Part shown: one piece after another, positions 43,801 through 56,127 of the stretch | How the letters are laid out: each line of letters opens with the position of its first letter | Numbering within the stretch: the first letter of the stretch is position 1 | Source: Macrostomum hystrix | Lineage: Eukaryota > Animalia > Platyhelminthes | Direction: 5' to 3' | NCBI GenBank assembly: GCA_950097015.1 | Contig: CATNEN010000031.1 | Span: forward strand, 868,001-932,000 | DNA length: 64,000 nt | Notes under the pieces: model-generated | What the model was told of the DNA's origin: nothing | Seen by the model: only the letters and a program-made list of their open reading frames with translations | Database searches by the model: none | Translations under genes and position numbers: made by a program

Positions 43801-46060
43801 TTAAAGACCTATAGCTTTGTAGATTAAAGACCTATAGCTTTGTAGATTAAAGACCTATAGCTTTGTAGATTAAAGACCTATAGCTTTGTAGATTAAAGAC
43901 CTATAGCTTTGTAGATTAAAGACCTATAGCTTTGTAGATTAAAGACCTACAGCTTTGTAGATTAAAGACCTATAGCTTTGTAGATTAAAGACCTATAGCT
44001 TTGTAGATTAAAGACCTATAGCTTTGTAGATTAAAGACCTATAGCTTTGTAGATTAAAGACCTATAGCTTTGTAGATTAAAGACCTATAGCTTTGTAGAT
44101 TAAAGACCTATAGCTTTGTAGATTAAAGACCTATAGCTTTGTAGATTAAAGACCTATAGCTTTGTAGATTAAAGACCTACAGCTTTGTAGATTAAAGACC
44201 TATAGCTTTGTAGATTAAAGACCTATAGCTTTGTAGATTAAAGACCTATAGCTTTGTAGATTAAAGACCTATAGCTTTGTAGATTAAAGACCTATAGCTT
44301 TGTAGATTAAAGACCTATTGCTTTGTAGATTAAAGACCTATTGCTTTGTAGATTAAAGACCTATAGCTTTGTAGATTAGGGGCCTGAAGCTTTGAAGATT
44401 AAAGACGTGAAGCTTTGTAGATTAAGGACCTATAGCTTTGTAGATTAAAGACCTATTGCTTTGTAGATTAAAGACTTATAGCTTTGTAGATTAGAGGCCT
44501 GAAGCTTTGATGATTAAAGGCCTGAAGCTTTAAAGATTAAAGACGCGAAGCTTTGTAGATTAAAGACCTATTGCTTTGTAGATTAAAGACTTATAGCTTT
44601 GTAGATTAGAGGCCTGAAGCTTTGATGATTAAAGACGCGAAGCTTTGTAGATTAGGGACCTGAAGTTTACAAGGAAGCTTAGTTGAAGGCCCGAAAAAAG
44701 TATCACAGAGCAGGTTAATGGGAAGTCGTGTTTTTGTGGAACAACACAATTTAAACCTGGGCTGTATTTGTGCAAGATTAAATTTCTGACGTGTCCTATG
44801 TCTCAGTTGCTCATGCTTCTCACAGGTGCTCCCAGCTGATTTCAATGTGCGGCGCAAACTCGCTGCAGACTTTGCATTATCGCAACTTTATAATGGCCGC
44901 CTCTCATCGAGGATACAATGGGCACTCTGATGAGGATATTCTTGCGGCTCTGAGGGTGCAGCTAGATGGGGTATGACTATTGATTTAAAGCATAAGGACC
45001 TGTAGCTTCATGACCTGTAGCTTCATGACCTGTAGCTTCATGACCTGTAGCTTCATGACCTGTAGCTTCATGACCTGTAGCTTAATGACCTGTAGCTTCA
45101 TGACCTGTTGCTTAATGACCTGTAGCTTAATGACCTGTAGCTTCATGACCTGTAGCTTCATGACCTGTTGCTTAATGACCTGTTGCTTCATGACCTGTTG
45201 CTTAATGACCTGTAGCTTCATGACCTGTAGCTTCATGACCTGTTGCTTAATGACCTGTTGCTTAATGACCTGTAGCTTCATGACCTGTAGCTTCATGACC
45301 TGTAGCTTCATGACCTGTAGCTTAATGACCTGTAGCTTCATGACCTGTTGCTTCATGACCTGTTGCTTAATGACCTGTAGCTTCATGACCTGTAGCTTAA
45401 TGACCTGTTGCTTAATGACCTGTAGCTTAATGACCTGTAGCTTAATGACCTGTAGCTTAATGACCTGTAGCGTAATGATCTGTAGCTTCATGACCTGTAG
45501 CTTCATTACCTGTAGCTTAATGATCTGTAGCTTATTGATCTGTAACTTAATGACCTGTTGCTTAATGACCTGTAGCTTAATGACCTGTAGCATGGCCAGG
45601 GACTAATGACCTGTAGCATGACCAGGGACTAATGACCTGTAGTTTGGCCAGGGACTAATGACCTGACCCGAAACTTACTTACGCTTCTCAGAAAAGCATT
45701 GGTGCATATGTCTGCTTTGTCAGCGGCGAATCACTGGACGTGAGCAAAGCGAATGGGGAATTCTACTCCAAAGTGATTCGCCTAGTCGGCAAGGCTGCCT
45801 CTAAGCTTAGTAATCTATCAATTTTGTGGTGCATCGAGCGGGATTGTCCCCAGCTGAAGGATCTGCTACCCGAAGACTCGGCTGCCTTGGAGCGCCGCGT
45901 GAGCCATTTATTTTTCACGTTCGGCAGCTCAGCAACTGCCGATACTACTAACCGCAGTAGCCTCTGGTCTTGCGTTCGACGCAAACCAAATAGTCAAGCT
46001 TGGCCTGTTTGGCAGAACGTGCTGCAGGAATTCCATAATCTCCGCTATACAAGCTGCTGA
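40817..46060 (+). CDS. Uncharacterised 468-aa protein; exons 40817-41428, 42679-42959, 44826-44970, 45692-46060
   Basis: Four non-repetitive open segments between intronic arrays join in frame through GT-AG introns (phases 0, 2, 0): GAT|gtgagt, ttcag|CCC, AACAT|gtaaag, cacag|G, GGG|gtatga, tctcag|AAA, ending in TGA. Globular-like composition; no family recognised. Confidence 0.8.
41513..42548. repeat. 31-bp minisatellite (GTAGCTAGGTCAGTGTTTGTGACCCACTATT), about 33 copies, intron 1 of the unknown gene
   Basis: Read directly. Confidence 0.96.
42978..44665. repeat. Bipartite 23-bp minisatellite (CTGAAGCTTATACGGTTAAAGAT switching near 43770 to CTATAGCTTTGTAGATTAAAGAC), intron 2 of the unknown gene
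   Basis: Read directly. Confidence 0.96.
44996..45666. repeat. 15-bp minisatellite (TGACCTGTAGCTT[C/A]A), about 40 copies, intron 3 of the unknown gene
   Basis: Read directly. Confidence 0.96.
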
Positions 46061-47408
46061 AACAGAGATCAACTTTCATTGGCTATGAGGTGCCTTGATT
46101 AAGTCGTAGGTTTTTGTCTTATGAAAGAAGTTTTTCGTGTTTAAAAGTACTTTCTTGAAAATGTGCTTTAAAGTTGTGAATTTTACCTGTCTAACTTCAC
46201 TAATAAGTAATTGTCATCAGACATCAATTAGTAGTCAAGAAATTTAACTTTTAATTTACAGAAGCTTGTTGCCAATTGATCACACTTCTGATCAAGGATA
46301 AAAATTGCCATCCTCGAACAGGACTCGAAATTTAATTTCATTCCGTCAGTTACCAGCAATGAAGTGGGTGCTGTTGTACTCTAAAGACAACGCGAATTGT
46401 CTTACTGTTGTTGGAAACCTAGCCTTTGTTACCTGACTCAGTGCAGCTTGTGTTTAAATATTTATATAGTATCAGAAAAGTCGATTGATAACTTGCTAAC
46501 GAAATAATATTTAGAAATAAGCAGCACGAGCGAACTAGTCTACTAGCAGTAGCCAGCATATAAGTGCATAAACTAATAAAGAACAGCACATCTAACAGTA
46601 GCCCTAAGAAGGGCCGTTTTAACAAGTCACTATTAGCAAGTCACAAAACAACAGGTACCAACATTAGCTAGTGAAATTTACTTTTCAAATTTTTTAAAAA
46701 AATTTTATGACCACAACTTCTTACACACAAATATCACTTTCGCCATTTGTTCTTATCTTTTATTAGAAAACATGACTTTAAATGACTATATATAATTTAA
46801 GATTTGTAAGTCATTATTTTACTTAGTGATTTGTTTTTCAAAATTCACAGATTCTGTTGACCGAATTAACGTGGCTGCGTCACTGAAGTGAATTCACTGC
46901 TTTCTTAGAAAATCGCTTGTTCTTTCAAATACTTGCCCTTCTATTCTAGGCTACAGAAATCAGGTGTCTTGCCAGAAAATCGTTGGCTTCTTTTTTACAG
47001 CTTTGTTCGTTCGCGTTTCAACTGTAAAAGTTTTGTAATAAATAGTACTAATAGTAGCTATATATATATATATATATATATGTGCCGTTACCACAGTAAA
47101 TTACGCACAGGTCGAATTCCATTGTTAAGACCACACTATGCCATCTTTGCTGCGTTGTGCCTTCTCATGACTTCGGAGCTGCGCTATGATAGTATTCGTA
47201 GTAATTCAGTTTTTTAAGTTAACATTTAACTGAATTTAACTGCCTTTTACACATTATAATTGTTTTTTTTTCTATGCAAGAAATATAAATTTTCTTCGAA
47301 TCAAAGATTTTTGCATAAACTACTAGAGTTTGCTACTCTCGTCGTATATTTTTCTTTAAAATACGTAGAAAGAGGAAGGAAGAAAGAACATATAAAGCAA
47401 CAAAAATG

Positions 47409-50400
47409 AAGAACCTAATTGGAGTGACTCAGTAAGAACCTTGGGGTGATTCTGAAAGAGTATTTGGAGTGACTCAGTAAGAACCTTGGGGTGATTCTGC
47501 AAGAGTAGTTGGAGTGACTCAGTAAGAACCTTGGGGTGATTCTGCAAGAGTATTTGGAGTGACTCATTAAGAACCTTGGGGTGATTCTGAAAGAGTATTT
47601 GGAGTGACTCAGTAAGAACCTTGGGGTGATTCTGAAAGAGTAGTTGGAGTGACTCAGTAAGAACCTTGGGGTGATTCTGCAAGAGTATTTGGAGTGACTC
47701 AGTAAGAACCTTGGGGTGATTCTGAAAGAGTATTTGGAGTGACTCAGTAAGAACCTTGGGGTGATTCTGAAAGAGTATTTGGAGTGACTCAGTAAGAACC
47801 TTGGGGTGATTCTGAAAGAGTATTTGGAGTGACTCAGTAAGAACCTTGGGGTGATTCTGAAAGAGTATTTGGAGTGACTCAGTAAGAACCTTGGGGTGAT
47901 TCTGCAAGAGTATTTGGAGTGACTCAGTAAGAACCTTGGGGTGATTCTGAAAGAGTATTTGGAGTGACTCAGTAAGAACCTTGGGGTGATTCTGCAAGAG
48001 TATTTGGAGTGACTCAGTAAGAACCTTGGGGTGATTCTGAAAGAGTATTTGGAGTGACTCAGTAAGAACCTTGGGGTGATTCTGCAAGAGTATTTGGAGT
48101 GACTCAGTAAGAACCTTGGGGTGATTCTGCAAGAGTATTTGGAGTGACTCAGTAAGAACCTTGGGGTGATTCTGCAAGAGTATTTGGAGTGACTCAGTAA
48201 GAACCTTGGGGTGATTCTGCAAGAGTATTTGGAGTGACTCAGTAAGAACCTTGGGGTGATTCTGCAAGAGTATTTGGAGTGACTCAGTAAGAACCTTGGG
48301 GTGATTCTGCAAGAGTATTTGGAGTGACTCAGTAAGAACCTTGGGGTGATTCTGAAAGAGTATTTGGAGTGACTCAGTAAGAACCTTGGGGTGATTCTGA
48401 AAGAGTATTTGGAGTGACTCAGTAAGAACCTTGGGGTGATTCTGCAAGAGTATTTGGAGTGACTCAGTAAGAACCTTGGGGTGATTCTGCAAGAGTATTT
48501 GGAGTGACTCAGTAAGAACCTTGGGGTGATTCTGAAAGAGTATTTGGAGTGACTCAGTAAGAACCTTGGGGTGATTCTGCAAGAGTATTTGGAGTGACTC
48601 AGTAAGAACCTTGGGGTGATTCTGAAAGAGTATTTGGAGTGACTCAGTGGGAACCTTGGGGTGATTCTGCAAGAGTATTTGGAGTGACTCAGTAAGAACC
48701 TTGGGGTGATTCTGCAAGAGTAGTTGGAGTGACTCAGTAAGAACCTTGGGGTGATTCTGAAAGAGTATTTGGAGTGACTCATTAAGAACCTTGGGGTGAT
48801 TCTGAAAGAGTATTTGGAGTGACTCAGTAAGAACCTTGGGGTGATTCTGCAAGAGTATTTGGAGTGACTCAGTAAGAACCTTGGGGTGATTCTGAAAGAG
48901 TATTTGGAGTGACTCAGTAAGAACCTTGGGGTGATTCTGAAAGAGTATTTGGAGTGACTCAGTGGGAACCTTGGGGTGATTCTGCAAGAGTATTTGGAGT
49001 GACTCAGTAAGAACCTTGGGGTGATTCTGCAAGAGTAGTTGGAGTGACTCAGTAAGAACCTTGGGGTGATTCTGAAAGAGTATTTGGAGTGACTCAGTAA
49101 GAACCTTGGGGTGATTCTGAAAGAGTATTTGGAGTGACTCAGTAAGAACCTTGGGGTGATTCTGCAAGAGTATTTGGAGTGACTCAGTAAGAACCTTGGG
49201 GTGATTCTGAAAGAGTATTTGGAGTGACTCAGTAAGAACCTTGGGGTGATTCTGCAAGAGTATTTGGAGTGACTCAGTAAGAACCTTGGGGTGATTCTGC
49301 AAGAGTATTTGGAGTGACTCAGTAAGAACCTTGGGGTGATTCTGCAAGAGTATTTGGAGTGACTCAGTAAGAACCTTGGGGTGATTCTGAAAGAGTATTT
49401 GGAGTGACTCAGTAAGAACCTTGGGGTGATTCTGCAAGAGTATTTGGAGTGACTCAGTAAGAACCTTGGGGTGATTCTGAAAGAGTATTTGGAGTGACTC
49501 AGTAAGAACCTTGGGGTGATTCTGAAAGAGTATTTGGAGTGACTCAGTAAGAACCTTGGGGTGATTCTGAAAGAGTATTTGGAGTGACTCAGTAAGAACC
49601 TTGGGGTGATTCTGAAAGAGTATTTGGAGTGACTCAGTAAGAACCTTGGGGTGATTCTGAAAGAGTAGTTGGAGTGACTCAGTAAGAACCTTGGGGTGAT
49701 TCTGAAAGAGTATTTGGAGTGACTCAGTAAGAACCTTGGGGTGATTCTGCAAGAGTATTTGGAGTGACTCAGTAAGAACCTTGGGGTGATTCTGAAAGAG
49801 TATTTGGAGTGACTCAGTAAGAACCTTGGGGTGATTCTGCAAGAGTATTTGGAGTGACTCAGTAAGAACCTTGGGGTGATTCTGCAAGAGTATTTGGAGT
49901 GACTCAGTAAGAACCTTGGGGTGATTCTGCAAGAGTATTTGGAGTGACTCAGTAAGAACCTTGGGGTGATTCTGCAAGAGTATTTGGAGTGACTCAGTAA
50001 GAACCTTGGGGTGATTCTGCAAGAGTATTTGGAGTGACTCAGTAAGAACCTTGGGGTGATTCTGCAAGAGTATTTGGAGTGACTCAGTAAGAACCTTGGG
50101 GTGATTCTGAAAGAGTATTTGGAGTGACTCAGTAAGAACCTTGGGGTGATTCTGAAAGAGTATTTGGAGTGACTCAGTAAGAACCTTGGGGTGATTCTGC
50201 AAGAGTATTTGGAGTGACTCAGTAAGAACCTTGGGGTGATTCTGCAAGAGTATTTGGAGTGACTCAGTAAGAACCTTGGGGTGATTCTGAAAGAGTATTT
50301 GGAGTGACTCAGTAAGAACCTTGGGGTGATTCTGCAAGAGTATTTGGAGTGACTCAGTAAGAACCTTGGGGTGATTCTGAAAGAGTATTTGGAGTGACTC

Positions 50401-53400
50401 AGTAGGAACCTTGGGGTGATTCTGCAAGAGTATTTGGAGTGACTCAGTAAGAACCTTGGGGTGATTCTGCAAGAGTAGTTGGAGTGACTCAGTAAGAACC
50501 TTGGGGTGATTCTGAAAGAGTATTTGGAGTGACTCAGTAAGAACCTTGGGGTGATTCTGAAAGAGTATTTGGAGTGACTCAGTAAGAACCTTGGGTGATT
50601 CTGCAAGAGTATTTGGAGTGACTCAGTAAGAACCTTGGGGTGATTCTGAAAGAGTATTTGGAGTGACTCAGTAAGAACCTTGGGGTGATTCTGAAAGAGT
50701 ATTTGGAGTGACTCAGTAAGAACCTTGGGGTGATTCTGCAAGAGTATTTGGAGTGACTCAGTAAGAACCTTGGGGTGATTCTGCAAGAGTATTTGGAGTG
50801 ACTCAGTAAGAACCTTGGGGTGATTCTGAAAGAGTATTTGGAGTGACTCAGTAAGAACCTTGGGGTGATTCTGCAAGAGTATTTGGAGTGACTCAGTAAG
50901 AACCTTGGGGTGATTCTGAAAGAGTATTTGGAGTGACTCAGTGGGAACCTTGGGGATGATTCTGCAAGAGTATTTGGAGTGACTCAGTAAGAACCTTGGG
51001 GTGATTCTGAAAGAGTATTTGGAGTGACTCAGTAAGAACCTTGGGGTGATTCTGAAAGAGTATTTGGAGTGACTCAGTAAGAACCTTGGGGTGATTCTGC
51101 AAGAGTATTTGGAGTGACTCAGTAAGAACCTTGGGGTGATTCTGAAAGAGTATTTGGAGTGACTCAGTAAGAACCTTGGGGTGATTCTGAAAGAGTATTT
51201 GGAGTGACTCAGTAAGAACCTTGGGGTGATTCTGCAAGAGTATTTGGAGTGACTCAGTAAGAACCTTGGGGTGATTCTGAAAGAGTATTTGGAGTGACTC
51301 AGTAAGAACCTTGGGGTGATTCTGCAAGAGTATTTGGAGTGACTCAGTAAGAACCTTGGGGTGATTCTGCAAGAGTATTTGGAGTGACTCAGTAAGAACC
51401 TTGGGGTGATTCTGCAAGAGTATTTGGAGTGACTCAGTAAGAACCTTGGGGTGATTCTGCAAGAGTATTTGGAGTGACTCAGTAAGAACCTTGGGGTGAT
51501 TCTGAAAGAGTATTTGGAGTGACTCAGTAAGAACCTTGGGGTGATTCTGAAAGAGTATTTGGAGTGACTCAGTAAGAACCTTGGGGTGATTCTGCAAGAG
51601 TATTTGGAGTGACTCAGTAAGAACCTTGGGGTGATTCTGAAAGAGTATTTGGAGTGACTCAGTAAGAACCTTGGGGTGATTCTGAAAGAGTATTTGGAGT
51701 GACTCAGTAAGAACCTTGGGGTGATTCTGCAAGAGTATTTGGAGTGACTCAGTAAGAACCTTGGGGTGATTCTGCAAGAGTATTTGGAGTGACTCAGTAA
51801 GAACCTTGGGGTGATTCTGAAAGAGTATTTGGAGTGACTCAGTAAGAACCTTGGGGTGATTCTGCAAGAGTATTTGGAGTGACTCAGTAAGAACCTTGGG
51901 GTGATTCTGAAAGAGTATTTGGAGTGACTCAGTGGGAACCTTGGGGTGATTCTGCAAGAGTATTTGGAGTGACTCAGTAAGAACCTTGGGGTGATTCTGC
52001 AAGAGTAGTTGGAGTGACTCAGTAAGAACCTTGGGGTGATTCTGAAAGAGTATTTGGAGTGACTCAGTAAGAACCTTGGGGTGATTCTGCAAGAGTATTT
52101 GGAGTGACTCAGTAAGAACCTTGGGGTGATTCTGCAAGAGTATTTGGAGTGACTCAGTAAGAACCTTGGGGTGATTCTGCAAGAGTATTTGGAGTGACTC
52201 AGTAAGAACCTTGGGGTGATTCTGCAAGAGTATTTGGAGTGACTCAGTAAGAACCTTGGGGTGATTCTGAAAGAGTATTTGGAGTGACTCATTAAGAACC
52301 TTGGGGTGATTCTGAAAGAGTATTTGGAGTGACTCAGTAAGAACCTTGGGGTGATTCTGCTAAGAGTATTTGGAGTGACTCAGTAAGAACCTTGGGGTGA
52401 TTCTGAAAGAGTATTTGGAGTGACTCAGTAGGGAACCTTGGGGTGATTCTGCAAGAGTATTTGGAGTGACTCAGTAAGAACCTTGGGGTGATTCTGAAAG
52501 AGTATTTGGAAGTGACTTCAGTAAGAAACCTTGGGGTGAAATTCTGAAAGAGAAGTATTGGAGTGACTCAGTAAGAACCTTGGGGTGGATTCTGCAAGAG
52601 GTATTGGAGTGACTCAGTAAGAACCTTGGGGTGAGTCTGAAAGAGTTATTTGGAGTGACTCAGTAAGAACCGTGGGGGATTCTGAAAGAGTAAATTTGGA
52701 GTGACCTCAGTAAGAACCTTGGGGTGATTCTGCAAGAGTATTTGGAGTGACTCAGTAAGAAAACCTTGGGTGATTCTGCAAGAGTATTGATGACTCAGTA
52801 AAACCTTTGGGTGGGGATTCTGAAAGAGTATTTGGAGTGACCTCAGTTAGGAAACCTTGGGGTGATTCTGCAAGAGTATTGGAGTGACTGCAGTTAAGAA
52901 CCGTGGGTGATTCTGAAAAAGATATTTGGAGTGGACTCATGGGGAACCTTGGGGTGAATTCTCAGAGTAGTTGGAGTGACTCAGTAAGAACCTTGGGGTG
53001 ATTCTTGAAAGAGTAAGTTGGAGTGACTCAGTAAGAACCTTGGGGTGATTCCTGAAAGAGTATTTGGAGTGGACTCAGTAAGAACCTTGGGGTGATTCTG
53101 CAAAGGAAGTATTGGAGTGACTCAGTAAGAACCTTGGGGTGATTCTGCAAGAGTATTTGGAGTGACTCAGTAAGAAAACCTTGGGGTGATTCTGCAACGA
53201 GTTATTTGGAGTGACCTCATTAAGAACCTTGGGGTGATTCTGAAAGAGTATTTGGAGTGACTCAGTAAGAACCTTGGGGTGATTCTGCAAGAGTATTTGG
53301 AGTGACTCAGTAAGAACCTTGGGGTGATTCTGAAAGAGTATTTGGAGTGACTCAGTAAGAACCTTGGGGTGATTCTGAAAGAGTATTTGGAGTGACTCAG

Positions 53401-54070
53401 TAAGAACCTTAGGGTGATTCTGCAAGAGTATTTGGAGTGACTCAGTAAGAACCTTGGGGTGATTCTGCAAGAGTATTTGGAGTGACTCAGTAAGAACCTT
53501 GGGGTGATTCTGAAAGAGTATTTGGAGTGACTCAGTAAGAACCTTGGGGTGATTCTGAAAGAGTATTTGGAGTGACTCAGTAAGAACCTTGGGGTGATTC
53601 TGAAAGAGTATTTGGAGTGACTCAGTAAGAACCTTGGGGTGATTCTGAAAGAGTATTTGGAGTGACTCATTAAGAACCTTGGGGTGATTCTGAAAGAGTA
53701 TTTGGAGTGACTCAGTAAGAACCTTGGGGTGATTCTGCAAGAGTATTTGGAGTGACTCAGTAAGAACCTTGGGGTGATTCTGAAAGAGTATTTGGAGTGA
53801 CTCAGTAAGAACCTTGGGGTGATTCTGAAAGAGTATTTGGAGTGACTCAGTAAGAACCTTGGGGTGATTCTGAAAGAGTATTTGGAGTGACTCAGTAAGA
53901 ACCTTGGGGTGATTCTGAAAGAGTATTTGGAGTGACTCAGTAAGAACCTTGGGGTGATTCTGAAAGAGTATTTGGAGTGACTCAGTAAGAACCTTGGGGT
54001 GATTCTGAAAGAGTATTTGGAGTGACTCAGTAAGAACCTTAGGGTGATTCTGCAAGAGTAGTTGGAGTGA
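47409..54070. repeat. 45-bp satellite (GGAGTGACTCAGTAAGAACCTTGGGGTGATTCTG[A/C]AAGAGTATTT), roughly 145 copies
   Basis: Highly homogeneous tandem array with an indel-rich zone at about 52340-53230; explains the 1038-aa and 1625-aa minus-strand ORFs. Confidence 0.98.
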
Positions 54071-54311
54071 GATAGGAGAAATTCTATAGAAGGAGATAGG
54101 AGATACTCTGGAATATTGGAGTGATTCTGAATAAAACCAGGGAGTGACTAGAGGAGCTTGAATTGAGCCAGAAAGATCAGGACTTGACTCATTGCGTTTG
54201 TGAAGACAAGGCACTCCGTTTAAAACTAAATTTCAGCCAATCACAGGAATCCAAGGAGCAGCTGCATAATTTCTGTCTAATAAGCAAATTGAATCAATCC
54301 TTAGCTGTGAC

Positions 54312-55540
54312 ATGGCGCCGCAAGTCAAGCCAGGCGATCGCCTGCCGGAAGTGAAGCTTTACAATGGCGCCCCAAACAATCCTGTGCGCATTGACGAACT
54401 CTGCGCGGGCAGGTCGGCTGTCATTGTCGGCGTGCCCGGCGCTTTCACGCCAACCTGTCACGGCAGCCATCTGCCCGGCTTTGTGGCCGACTTCGACAAG
54501 CTCAAAGCCAAGGGAATCGACCTGATCATCTGCTTCGCTGTCAACGATCCGTTTGTCATGGCCGCTTGGGCCGGCGTTCTGGGATCCGGTGATAAGGTAA
54601 GCCTGCTCGGCCTGACCTACTTGCCCTGCCCTGATCTACCTGCCCTGCCCCTGATCTACCTGCCCTGTCCTGATCTACCTGCCTGCCCTGATCTACCCGC
54701 CCTGCCTGCCCTGATCTACCTGCCCTGCCCTACCTGCCCTACCTGCCCTGATCTACCTGCCCTGCCCTGATATAACTGCCCTGCCCTACCTGCCCTACCT
54801 GCCCTGATCTACCTGCCCTGCCCTACCTGCCCTACCTGCCCTGATCTACCTGCCCTGCCCTGGTATAACTGCCCTGCCCTACCTACCCTACCTGCCCTGA
54901 TCTACCTGCCCTGCCCTACCTGCCCTGCCCTACCTGCCCTACCTGCCCTGATCTACCTGCCCTGCCCTGATATAACTGCCCTGCCCTACCTGCCCTACCT
55001 GCCCTGATCTACCTGCCCTGTCCTGATCTACCTGCCTGCCCTGATCTACCCGCCCTGCCTGCCCTGATCTACCCGCCCTGCCCTGATATAACTGCCCTGC
55101 CCTACCTGATATAACTGCCTTGGTCTGCCCTGCCCGATCCTGTCACTGTCACTGTACTTCAGGATTCACTCAGTCACTGTACTTCAGGATTCACTCAGTC
55201 ACTGTACTTCAGGATTCACTCAGTCACTGTACTTCAGGATTCACTCAGTCACTGTACTTCAGGATTCACTCAGTCACTGTACTTCAGGATTCTCACTGTC
55301 CTATGCATCAATATACATCACTAAAACCGGCCTGCTCAGGTGCTGATGCTGTCGGACAGTCGGGCTGAATTCACCAAAGCCCTGGGCATGGATATCGACC
55401 TGACCGATGTGCTTGGCACCATTCGCTGTCGCCGCTTCTCAATGCACGTTGTAGACAATGTGGTCAAGTCGGTGAACGCCGAGGAGAACAGCAGCGTGGT
55501 GGACGCATCGTCGTCCTGCCGACTGCTTACAAAAATTTGA
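54312..55540 (+). CDS. PRDX5: Peroxiredoxin-5 (161 aa); exons 54312-54596, 55340-55540
   Basis: MAPQVKPGDRLP...GVPGAFTPTC(peroxidatic)HGSHLPGF...AVNDPFVM..W...DK|VLMLSD...RRFSM..VDNVVK, colinear with human PRDX5. Phase-0 GT-AG intron 54597-55339. Confidence 0.96.
54610..55295. repeat. PRDX5 intron arrays: CTGCCCTGATCTAC mosaic (54610-55135) and a 25-bp unit CACTGTACTTCAGGATTCACTCAGT x6 (55150-55295)
   Basis: Read directly. Confidence 0.92.
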
Positions 55541-56127
55541 GCCGTTGAATGCAGTCAGTTTTTTCGTTAAACTATTTTTGAGCTTGATTTACTCAAATTC
55601 TAAAACTCTTAATACACTACACATCTATTGATTATTCAGTAGTAAGTTCGAGGCATTGATTTAGTTTGACAAACGCCAAAAAATAGCACCAGTTTTATTT
55701 AATCCCTTCCCTTTTCTACAAGTACTAATTTTTACATTTCCAGATTTTTTTATCATACTGTTTTTGTGAGTAGTATGAATGGGACTCATATCTTTATATA
55801 CTTTGTATTCATAAAAGTATGTATATTCATTTCTAATAATTCTATAGGGACCATAACCCGCATGGCTACTAGAGTCCATAATGATATTTAGTTACCTATT
55901 TTTACCGTTCTATAGTTATGGCAATATAGTTTTCCTTTGTTATTAAGTATTTATAATCCGTAGAAAAATATACCCGCTGATTTTTAAACAAATGTTCTAA
56001 TTACTTTAATTCTTTGTTTGTCTTTGTGTTTCTTTTTTCTTTTGTTTTATCCTGGCCTAATGAGAATCCGGTCTTTATGATTTATTCTAATAAAAATATT
56101 CCAGTTGAAAGCGCCACTCGACTAGCG

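Noticed and set aside
47356-54214. 1038-, 1625-, 429- and 379-aa minus-strand ORFs
   Set aside because: Translations of a stop-free 45-bp satellite; several frames are open and there is no unique sequence.
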